A DNA stretch of 35,456 nucleotides from a virus (lineage: Duplodnaviria > Heunggongvirae > Uroviricota > Caudoviricetes): IMG/VR virus record IMGVR_UViG_3300042691_005779; one strand, 5' to 3'. This document shows, one piece after another, positions 8,470 through 16,049 of this stretch. Every line of letters begins with the position of its first letter. Within the stretch, counting starts at the first letter, position 1. The translations under genes were made by a program, and so were the position numbers. The notes under the pieces are model-generated. The model was not told where the DNA came from, searched no databases, and saw only the letters and a program-made list of their open reading frames with translations.

Positions 8470-9486
8470 TTAATAGTTAAGGTTATATTTTTGTTTTAAA
8501 TTCAATAGTTCTTTTACGTAGTAATGAGTGGCATATTTCTTAGACGTCTCATCTGTGTGCACTACATATAAATGTGTGTCTTCAAAAGGATCTTTACCAG
8601 TGTGGTAGGCCCCTTTGTAGAACGCAGGATATCCCATGTTATGTTGTCCTGTAATTCCTGCATTGTGTAGAAGTGTTGTTCTCTCCAGTTTCTCAATTGG
8701 ATCTGAAGACCAACAGAATTCTAGTTCAGGAATGTTTTTAGTTTCTTGTTCTCTAAGCCAAATGTTCCATAGCACAGCCCACATATCTGCACACCAGCTT
8801 TGAAACCCTTTGTTCTCATCTTTAAAGAACTGTTTGTTTATGTTCTGAAGATACATGCGAATGATAATACAATCATTCATCACCTTCTTCCAAAACTCTG
8901 AGTCTATATTCTTAAGGAAGTATTGTGCTCCTCCTGAATGTTCATTGTTAGCCTCAGCTATTTCTCTGTTGATTCCTATGAGGCTTGTAACCTCTGCAAG
9001 GATATCTCTAGTCTTGTATTCTTCAAGCTTCTCTGGAAGCACATCTTTTATCTTACTATCAAAGTATGAAGCATTGATATAACTGTTTGTGTCAGATAGA
9101 TAGTTTATATCATCATCTTTAAACTCATCAATGTTAAATTTATCTGTAAAGATTACGTCACAGTCACAGTAAAACACTGCTTTGGTGATCATATCAGGAT
9201 TGTCCTGGAAATATCTCATTAAGCAATAGGGACGTAGAATAGGAATATACACTCCTAAATACTCACTAACGTTTCCTGTATCCTTGTAGAAAGCAAATTT
9301 TGCTTCTGGATACAGCTCCATTATCTTCTCCCATTTACCATTGTATTCTCTAAAACTAGGAGTGTACACTAAAACAATTGCCTTGTCTGAATGTCCAAGC
9401 TTCTTCAAGCTTTCCAACCATAGATGTACTTGCCATGTGTAGTAGACATCATCTGGCTGGGCACAGATAAATTTAAGATCCTTCAT
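8470..9486 (-). CDS. GT-A glycosyltransferase resembling plant peptidyl-Ser galactosyltransferase / Hyp arabinosyltransferase (GT96/GT95-like)
   Basis: YYTWQVHLWLESLKKLG, YIPILRPYCLMRYF, VFYCDCDVIF (DxD) and SWCADMWAV follow the order of the SGT1/HPAT motifs as recalled (Y.xWQ, Y.xxN[KR]P, DxD, W.xEMY). Confidence 0.6.
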   Translation of the reverse strand: MKDLKFICAQPDDVYYTWQVHLWLESLKKLGHSDKAIVLVYTPSFREYNGKWEKIMELYPEAKFAFYKDTGNVSEYLGVYIPILRPYCLMRYFQDNPDMITKAVFYCDCDVIFTDKFNIDEFKDDDINYLSDTNSYINASYFDSKIKDVLPEKLEEYKTRDILAEVTSLIGINREIAEANNEHSGGAQYFLKNIDSEFWKKVMNDCIIIRMYLQNINKQFFKDENKGFQSWCADMWAVLWNIWLREQETKNIPELEFCWSSDPIEKLERTTLLHNAGITGQHNMGYPAFYKGAYHTGKDPFEDTHLYVVHTDETSKKYATHYYVKELLNLKQKYNLNY

Positions 9487-9516
9487 ATATGTAGTTTGTT
9501 GGTTTAATTTATACTC

Positions 9517-9660
9517 TTATGGAGCTGCAGTGGTAGTTGTAGTAGTTGTTGTTAAGTTAACGTTACCTGCTACTTGTGTTAATCTTTCTAATTGCTTTGA
9601 TATTTGCCAAAGCAATTTAGCTCTTTGACTCCATCCTATTTGTTGACTTGGTATTGCCAT
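9517..9660 (-). CDS. 47-aa MAIPSxQIGW-family peptide with poly-Thr tail (absent from ORF track)
   Basis: Hand translation: MAIPSQQIGWSQRAKLLWQISKQLERLTQVAGNVNLTTTTTTTTAAP; paralogous to the N-terminus of 10913..11284. Confidence 0.85.
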   Translation of the reverse strand: MAIPSQQIGWSQRAKLLWQISKQLERLTQVAGNVNLTTTTTTTTAAP

Positions 9661-9671
9661 GTTGTTATAAT

Positions 9672-10901
9672 TTAAACGTTACCCATTTGTAATGAACCTT
9701 GTACTCCAGTGAATGGATTAAGTGCAGAGTAAGTTGCTCCAGAGTTTGTAGCATTATGATTGTTACCACTATTATCAGTTAACTGTGCCTCTATATTATT
9801 TCCTTGGAACGTTAATAATACTGTATCTGCTGAACTAGTTAATTGGGAAGTTGGAACTGTAAATCCTGATGTAGAATAAACCGCTGCATTAGTCCATCTA
9901 AAGTTACTCATCAATCCATTGAATCCTGAACTAGGCTCATTACCATAACCAATTGTTAATGGTAAACCATCACTTGAAATAGATCCACTATAAGCAGCAG
10001 TGTTTACCTGAGCACCATTAACAAACATGTAAGCTGTAGATCCTACTCCCATTACACAGATGTGAGTCCATTGTCCTGAAGTAAACGTAACTCCTGAAGC
10101 AAGTAGAGGTGAGTTATTTGCCCAGAAGTATAATGAGCTTCCACTACCCTCAATAGAGATAGCGTTAGGAGCAGGATATGCACCAAAGCTATATGGACGA
10201 GGGAAACCATCAAAGTTAGTTACATTAACAAACATCTCAATAGTGAAATTTCCTACAATATCAAAGTCTGTACTAGCAGCAATGCCTATATACCCTGGTT
10301 CACCTTGGTTTACATTAACTGTCCATCCTTTACCTTGCAAATTTGTTTTAGCTGTAAGACCTGTACCTGTAGGAATAGCATTTGTACCACCAGCTAAATT
10401 TACAGATCCATTCTCTACACCACTACCATCTAACCATTGTAACACATCATTTACAACTTCTTCTGTAAGAGCATTACCATTAAGATCAACATTAGTAAGA
10501 TTTGCTTCAGGTAATGTGATTGATGTAATGCTATTACCACTAAAATCTATAGATGTAAGAGCATTAAATGATGATGCTGATATATCTAGAGCCCCTGCTA
10601 TACCACATTGATCCATGTCAATGTTTTGTAAATTATTAAGTCCTGAAAGATCAGGAATACCAGCTGAGAAATCACTATCATCAAGACGTAATTGCTCAAG
10701 AGCTGTACATCCTGATAAGTTAATAGATGTTAAAGATGGATTACCACTACCATCAATTAGTTCAGTATCACTTACATCTACATTAGTTAATTGCGTAAGT
10801 CCAGATAGATTTACTGTCTGTAAAGAGTTCCAGTCTGCATTAAAAGTTTGCAGATTGGTTAAGTTTTGTAAACTTGTTATTGATGTTATTACTGTTGCCA
10901 T
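9672..10901 (-). CDS. LRR plus LamG (concanavalin A-like) domain protein, putative adhesin or tail component
   Basis: LxxLxxLxxxxN-type repeats in the N-terminal half; FTIEMFV...WTHICV...MFVNG...LTIG...FNGLMSNFRWT in the C-terminal half. Confidence 0.75.
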   Translation of the reverse strand: MATVITSITSLQNLTNLQTFNADWNSLQTVNLSGLTQLTNVDVSDTELIDGSGNPSLTSINLSGCTALEQLRLDDSDFSAGIPDLSGLNNLQNIDMDQCGIAGALDISASSFNALTSIDFSGNSITSITLPEANLTNVDLNGNALTEEVVNDVLQWLDGSGVENGSVNLAGGTNAIPTGTGLTAKTNLQGKGWTVNVNQGEPGYIGIAASTDFDIVGNFTIEMFVNVTNFDGFPRPYSFGAYPAPNAISIEGSGSSLYFWANNSPLLASGVTFTSGQWTHICVMGVGSTAYMFVNGAQVNTAAYSGSISSDGLPLTIGYGNEPSSGFNGLMSNFRWTNAAVYSTSGFTVPTSQLTSSADTVLLTFQGNNIEAQLTDNSGNNHNATNSGATYSALNPFTGVQGSLQMGNV

Positions 10902-10912
10902 GTTAGTTAAGA

Positions 10913-11284
10913 TTAATCAGTACCCCAAAAAGATAAATAAGTTACTTTAGTTGCATCACTAAAACATAATTGTACAGTGTGTGCTGTATTCTCAGCAGTG
11001 TAAAGATGCTCTATGTCTACACCAATACCAGTAGTGATTGTACCATTACTTGTTGTACCATCACCCCATGTAGCAGTGTATGTTATATCTTCTGATGATT
11101 CAACAGTCATTCCAAAGCTAAGTCCACCTATTGTAGTGTTAGTTACAAAACTAATACAGTTTGGATCTGGTGGTGTTTGACCAATATTATATATAACTTT
11201 AGTTAGATACTCCAATTGCTTGGATATCTGCCACAAAAGATTTTCTTCTGTGCTCCAGCCTATCTGTCTAGATGGTATTGCCAT
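10913..11284 (-). CDS. MAIPSxQIGW N-terminal motif plus PKD-like domain
   Basis: YTATWGDGTTS...IEHLY is a PKD-like WGDG...HxY signature. Confidence 0.7.
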   Translation of the reverse strand: MAIPSRQIGWSTEENLLWQISKQLEYLTKVIYNIGQTPPDPNCISFVTNTTIGGLSFGMTVESSEDITYTATWGDGTTSNGTITTGIGVDIEHLYTAENTAHTVQLCFSDATKVTYLSFWGTD

Positions 11285-11286
11285 TT

Positions 11287-12384
11287 TTAGTAAGTTTTGT
11301 TCAATGTAAAAATATCACTGTAGATACTGTTTCCTGTGCTAGCAGCACCCCATTGAACAGTGATATCTAATGTATTAGAAATTGTTGTATCGAATGTTGT
11401 GTTGTTCACAACGTTAAATGAAAAACCTTCTATAACACCATTCACTGTTTTAACATAGTGAAATGTTCCTAAAGAAACAATAGATGCTACACCAGCAGTT
11501 CCTAGTTGTCTAATAGTGAAGTTTACATTTAAAGAAAACACATTGTTTGTAATGTTTGTAATAGGCTGTGCTCCACTGTCAAGTAAGATTACAGAACCTG
11601 CCTTCACTCTGATCCTTATTGTTTGGTTGTTTGTAACATTTAAAATACCAGCCATTATTGCTACAAAGCTATCTCCTACACTAAATCCATTAGCAGGCAC
11701 ACTTAACGTACCCACACCACCATTAATAAGACTAGTTTCTACAACAGTGTTAGTAACAGGAGTACTGTTTGCTGTCTGAGCAAATAGTCCATAGTTCACT
11801 GATACAGGAAGTGTTGGAGAAACTCCACTAGTTCCTGATGTGCCTGTAGTTCCAGAAGTCCCTGACGTGCCTGAAGTTCCTCTAGTGCCAGAGGTACCAG
11901 AAGAACCAGTTAGTCCTGATGTACCAGATGTACCATTAGAACCATTACCACCAGCAGCACCATTAAGGTTTACACCCCAAGAACTGTAAGTACCAGATCC
12001 TTCCACTGTAGAAGGAGCACCAAACACCAAAACCCCTGTAGCAGGGTTGTAAGATGTTATCATTGAAACCTGATGATTATTAACATCATAGGCTATCAAT
12101 ATATCTTGAGCAGTGGTGTATGCCAATCCTGTACCTACAGTGATTGTTCCACCTGTTCCTAATGTAAATGATGTAGAAGATGTGGTTTGATATCTGTCTC
12201 CAGATGCACCAGTTAATCCAGATGTACCAGATGTGCCTGAGACACCACTAGTTCCTGAAGACCCAGTGGTACCTGATGTACCAGCTACGTTTTTGATCAG
12301 GCTATCTAAATTAAGCCACCCCTTGTAACCATTACAAGGTTCGCATCTCTGATCCCAAAAACCAGCTTTAATAAATGTGGGCAT
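11287..12384 (-). CDS. Gly-Thr-Ser triplet-repeat fibre-like protein
   Basis: Two (G-T/S-S)n tracts flank a ~85-aa domain shared with the giant fibre; beta-rich C-terminal domain. Confidence 0.75.
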   Translation of the reverse strand: MPTFIKAGFWDQRCEPCNGYKGWLNLDSLIKNVAGTSGTTGSSGTSGVSGTSGTSGLTGASGDRYQTTSSTSFTLGTGGTITVGTGLAYTTAQDILIAYDVNNHQVSMITSYNPATGVLVFGAPSTVEGSGTYSSWGVNLNGAAGGNGSNGTSGTSGLTGSSGTSGTRGTSGTSGTSGTTGTSGTSGVSPTLPVSVNYGLFAQTANSTPVTNTVVETSLINGGVGTLSVPANGFSVGDSFVAIMAGILNVTNNQTIRIRVKAGSVILLDSGAQPITNITNNVFSLNVNFTIRQLGTAGVASIVSLGTFHYVKTVNGVIEGFSFNVVNNTTFDTTISNTLDITVQWGAASTGNSIYSDIFTLNKTY

Positions 12385-12406
12385 ACTAGTGCAATTAAAT
12401 AATTTT

Positions 12407-12437
12407 CAAAGATATGTTACTTTTTACTATTAACAAT
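12407..12437 (-). promoter_or_regulatory. Bacteroidota-type promoter
   Basis: ATTG (12434-12437), 19-nt spacer, TATCTTTG (12407-12414); upstream of ATG 12384. Confidence 0.7.
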
Positions 12438-12492
12438 GAGTATCAATAATTTACAATAACCAAAATAGTTATAAGTGTTTTAACTTTTTTAG

Positions 12493-13710
12493 TTAGAGAT
12501 TCACCTTACTTCCTATCACAGCAAAAACTAACATAGGCATGTCTGGATTAGTGCTAAGACTAGTTCTTAGACCTGTGTTAAACTTAAATCTCTTTGTGAT
12601 TGCGTAGTCCATGCTGCATCCTGTTAAGAACATCATGTCATTGCTAACTATAAACTGCTTGTCTTTGGTGCCATATGTTACAGGGCTACCAGATATGTAC
12701 AAATCAGGAGACAGTGTAAGCCTTCTATTGATTTGAAAAGGCTTAGTGTAAAAGAGTAATAGAGAGTGTGTAGTTGTATATTGTTTATCATTGTCACCAT
12801 AGTCTGCAGAAGCTACACTAACTGTAGCGTTGACACCTGTAACTCCCCACTTTCCTAGAGGGAAGATTTTAGCGTATGTTGCAAATCCAAACACACTACC
12901 AAAGGCATAAGCTATAGTGCCACCATAGTTAGATATACTCTGTAGTTTACCTCCATCAAAGTGCATCTTAGTATATCTACCACTAAGAGCAAACTGTTTT
13001 AGATTGCTCCATACCATTCCTGTGAGTCCCCAGCTTGCATCTCCTGCCATAGAGCTTTGAGATATACCTGATGTAACCACAAGGTTGACAGAACCATCTA
13101 ATGTTTGTCCTCCTGTAAGATCAGAGTTGAACAGTATGGGGTTCATCTTAGCTTGAGATCTACCTCCAGATTTACCACCTCCCTTACCCCCTCCCCCCTT
13201 ACTTTCAGATTTAGATTCTGATTTGGATTCCCCTGATGAGCTTTCAGAACTGCTTGATTCTGAGGAACTTGAACTCTCTGAGCTAGAGGAAGAGCTACTG
13301 GCTGAACTAGAACTGGCTGAGCTAGCTGCACTAGATGCAGCCGCACCTGCTGCAGAAGAAGCAGCAGAACCAGCAGCTGAGCTAACAGCAGAACTAACAG
13401 CTGACCCTACAGCAGAAGCTGTTATTTGTGTGGAAGTTTGTGTTGCCTGTGCTACAGAGCATGGACTAAGCTTCCTGTATTCTTCATACACCTGATTAAT
13501 CCATGCTTGGAATGCTCCAGAGCGTACATCAGCAGATGTAAATGTTTTAGATTTGTTGTAAAATACCAACGTTGTACTACCTGTAATAGGTATAATGAAA
13601 GTGGTAGTCACCTTTGTACAAGGATCTGTAAATGTCTGGATGATGGTTTGAGAATACGCATATATTGGTACTATGAGTACCAATATTAGAATAAAAATAA
13701 ACTGTTTCAT
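12493..13710 (-). CDS. secreted protein with Ser/Ala-rich linker and outer-membrane beta-barrel-like C-terminal domain
   Basis: Signal peptide (MKQFIFILILVLIVPIYAYS), long SAASS/SSSES linker, then amphipathic strands with alternating hydrophobic residues to the C-terminus. Confidence 0.6.
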   Translation of the reverse strand: MKQFIFILILVLIVPIYAYSQTIIQTFTDPCTKVTTTFIIPITGSTTLVFYNKSKTFTSADVRSGAFQAWINQVYEEYRKLSPCSVAQATQTSTQITASAVGSAVSSAVSSAAGSAASSAAGAAASSAASSASSSSASSSSSSSESSSSSESSSSESSSGESKSESKSESKGGGGKGGGKSGGRSQAKMNPILFNSDLTGGQTLDGSVNLVVTSGISQSSMAGDASWGLTGMVWSNLKQFALSGRYTKMHFDGGKLQSISNYGGTIAYAFGSVFGFATYAKIFPLGKWGVTGVNATVSVASADYGDNDKQYTTTHSLLLFYTKPFQINRRLTLSPDLYISGSPVTYGTKDKQFIVSNDMMFLTGCSMDYAITKRFKFNTGLRTSLSTNPDMPMLVFAVIGSKVNL

Positions 13711-14429
13711 TACTTAGTAAAGATTCCTTTCTTCACCATCCTGTCTAGGATTCTGGCACAAGCTATGTCTAGAGCCTTCTTAGTTGCTATTGATATAGTT
13801 GATTGATTAAACTTAACAGGATCTAAAGCAGCATCTGATGTTATTCCTGCAGTCTCTTTAGTTGTCTTTGCATCACCAAGCCCAGAACCTGAAAACACCA
13901 CACCAGTTTCAGCATCAGTGAATCTAACTTGTAAACCAATCCTCGTAACCATAAGTTGTTTTGTACCATCCTTAAGGCTAATAGTTTCATCTTCTGATAT
14001 ACTATAATCATAACATTCAATAGTTACAAAGTATTTGGCTAGATTGATTTTACCACGTCCATCTAGTTTGTTCTCAGAGATGCCAGCTTGGGAAGCTTGG
14101 AACTGCTTCACCATTCTATTCTTGATCTCTGTCTTGTCTTCTGTAAACTTAAATCTGTTTAGATTCTCTAGGTATTCCATAGATATATTGGCTACACCTA
14201 AGCCCACACGCTTTTCCTTTAGCTCAGGATAGAGCTCATACATTTCATCATTAATGCCACACTTAAGAATTTGTATAGGGATTTGTGGTCCATCATAATC
14301 TAGGAAGCTTGAAATGTCTATAGCCTTCTCAAAGCTAGCCTTGTATTGCTCTGTAGACGTCTTAGCAAGCTGAGCTTGTAACAAATTTATATATAAAAAT
14401 GTTACAAAGACCAGTAGTAATTTTTTCAT
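13710..14429 (-). CDS. CsgG/HfaB-like secreted protein
   Basis: Signal peptide; LENLNRFKFTED...Q..SQAG...AKYFV...IGLQVRFTDAETGVVFSGSG matches the CsgG-family pattern. Confidence 0.7.
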   Translation of the reverse strand: MKKLLLVFVTFLYINLLQAQLAKTSTEQYKASFEKAIDISSFLDYDGPQIPIQILKCGINDEMYELYPELKEKRVGLGVANISMEYLENLNRFKFTEDKTEIKNRMVKQFQASQAGISENKLDGRGKINLAKYFVTIECYDYSISEDETISLKDGTKQLMVTRIGLQVRFTDAETGVVFSGSGLGDAKTTKETAGITSDAALDPVKFNQSTISIATKKALDIACARILDRMVKKGIFTK

Positions 14430-14644
14430 TTATGCTTATTTAAATGCTTCAATAATAAAATATAAGACAGAAAAAATGACCCTGAGATACAATAGAAAAT
14501 AATATCTGCTACCCAGAAAGAACCTGTAGCGTTCATTATAGTCTTGAACAAAAAGTCGTAACCAAATGGGAGAAAGAACATGGCCAGCATTAGGCTCATG
14601 TCTTTCATGTATGTCAGTCTCTTGATTGTTTTTCTTTTGGTCAT
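14426..14644 (-). CDS. small two-TM membrane protein
   Basis: Two hydrophobic segments; ATGA overlap with the CsgG-like gene. Confidence 0.7.
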   Translation of the reverse strand: MTKRKTIKRLTYMKDMSLMLAMFFLPFGYDFLFKTIMNATGSFWVADIIFYCISGSFFLSYILLLKHLNKHK

Positions 14645-14668
14645 GAGTATCCATGTTATTAAATTAAG

Positions 14669-15262
14669 TTAAAGATCTTTTATCTTACCACAGTGGATAC
14701 ATTCATAGTCTCCATCATGATCTACATCAGCAAATACATGCTCACATTGCTTGTGCTCATGATGTAAAAACTCAAGCTTTTCCATCTCTTGCTCATGCTC
14801 TTGTTGGTCTTTAGCTAACTCAAACTCTTGTTTGTTTTCTACAATTGCTAAATCAGAAGCACGCTCTGCAGCTTTAACAAAAGCATCAGGCATTAGAGGA
14901 GCATAAGGTTTGTTACTCTCTTTCATATCATTTGTATGAGAGAGGGTTGTACCATCCTCCTCGTCCATCTTCTGAACTAACATCTTGTCTTTATCTGTGT
15001 CACTGAACCAGTAGTCTATAATCTTTCCATAAGAACCAATGAAGGCACCTAACATTAAGAACAATAGTTCCTTCCACTCAGCAGGCATAGTGGCATTGTA
15101 ATTAACTGCCACAAATATACTACCAATGATAAGCATGAATGATCCAAGCACTAGTGCAGTGATGTACCATCTTCTTGCCATCATGTTTGCTAGAAGTTCA
15201 CGAAATCCTGTAGCTGCTGGTTGCTTTACTTCTTCAGCTGGTTTTGATTTAAATAAGTCCAT
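14669..15262 (-). CDS. two-TM membrane protein with coiled coil and C-terminal His/Cys motif
   Basis: Two TM segments; ends HHEHKQCEHVFADVDHDGDYECIHCGKIKDL. Confidence 0.75.
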   Translation of the reverse strand: MDLFKSKPAEEVKQPAATGFRELLANMMARRWYITALVLGSFMLIIGSIFVAVNYNATMPAEWKELLFLMLGAFIGSYGKIIDYWFSDTDKDKMLVQKMDEEDGTTLSHTNDMKESNKPYAPLMPDAFVKAAERASDLAIVENKQEFELAKDQQEHEQEMEKLEFLHHEHKQCEHVFADVDHDGDYECIHCGKIKDL

Positions 15263-15363
15263 GCGTTTTTTATTACTTCTTGATTTGATTTAATTAGCTC
15301 AGCTTTCTTTATACCAGATCTTCTAGATCTCTGAGCCTTTGGTTTTTTCTGTGCGTTTGCCAT
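15226..15363 (-). CDS. 45-aa basic protein
   Basis: ATG 15363, 1 nt after the upstream TAA: MANAQKKPKAQRSRRSGIKKAELIKSNQEVIKNAWTYLNQNQLKK; overlaps the next gene by 37 nt. Confidence 0.6.
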   Translation of the reverse strand: MANAQKKPKAQRSRRSGIKKAELIKSNQEVIKNAWTYLNQNQLKK

Positions 15364-15364
15364 A

Positions 15365-15667
15365 TTACCACTTTGGTGCTTCTTCTTTAAATTCATCACC
15401 TTCTTTCTTCTTAGCTGGAGCTGGTTTAGCTGCCACTTCTTTTTCCTTGATGACAACTGTCTTACCACCACCAGCAGCAGATTGTGCTTGTTGGTTAGAG
15501 TTGGTAATGTTAATCACTGGAGCTGGTGCAGCTGCTGGAGCTTCTTTCTCATCACCACCTGTTAACTTGGTTGTGAACCAACCACCTACACCTAGTGTAA
15601 CTGTGCTTACTAAGCCAATTAAAATGTTTTTTATAGAGGTGCCACCACCTGCTTGTTCTTCTGACAT
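15365..15667 (-). CDS. single-TM membrane protein with Ala/Pro/Lys-rich tail
   Basis: ILIGLVSTVTLGVGGWF followed by a low-complexity tail ending APKW. Confidence 0.75.
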   Translation of the reverse strand: MSEEQAGGGTSIKNILIGLVSTVTLGVGGWFTTKLTGGDEKEAPAAAPAPVINITNSNQQAQSAAGGGKTVVIKEKEVAAKPAPAKKKEGDEFKEEAPKW

Positions 15668-15671
15668 GTTA

Positions 15672-16049
15672 TTAATGTTTTATAGTTATTAATCTTTTAT
15701 ATTCTTTACCAGAGATGTCAATTAATTCAAGAGTGTAATCTCCAGTTTTAACATCTGAGTAGTCTAATGTTCTGACAACCAATGTGTTATCAGCTGTAAA
15801 GCCTACAGACTTTTTAACATCATTGTTTAAATCAATTAACCTTAATGAGTATTTAGCTCCTGGTGTAAGGCTCATTGTTACATCCACCTTATCTTTAATT
15901 AGTGCTGTAGATAAACTTACAATTGCTGTAGATGTAGATACCTTACCTAAATCAATAACATGAGGGGCAGGAATTTCCACCTTTGTACAAGCAATCACTA
16001 TAAAAATAATTAGTAAATAGACAGTTAATATTTTGTTTGTTTCTTTCAT
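15672..16049 (-). CDS. lipoprotein with Ig-like / T9SS C-terminal-domain-like fold
   Basis: Lipobox VIA-C; YSLRLIDL...LDYSDVKTGDYTLELID...KRLITIK. Confidence 0.6.
   Translation of the reverse strand: MKETNKILTVYLLIIFIVIACTKVEIPAPHVIDLGKVSTSTAIVSLSTALIKDKVDVTMSLTPGAKYSLRLIDLNNDVKKSVGFTADNTLVVRTLDYSDVKTGDYTLELIDISGKEYKRLITIKH

Noticed and set aside
10901-10913. Possible read-through fusing the PKD-like and LRR genes
   Set aside because: The 11-nt gap puts them out of frame, there is no slippery site, and the downstream ATG has a normal context.
13143-13689. Overlapping short ORFs across the Ser/Ala linker
   Set aside because: Shadows of the low-complexity linker in 12493..13710.
14436-14654. 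Alternative 72-aa minus-strand ORF overlapping 14426..14644
   Set aside because: The 14426 frame gives a clean two-TM protein with an ATGA overlap to the next gene; this frame has no recognisable features.
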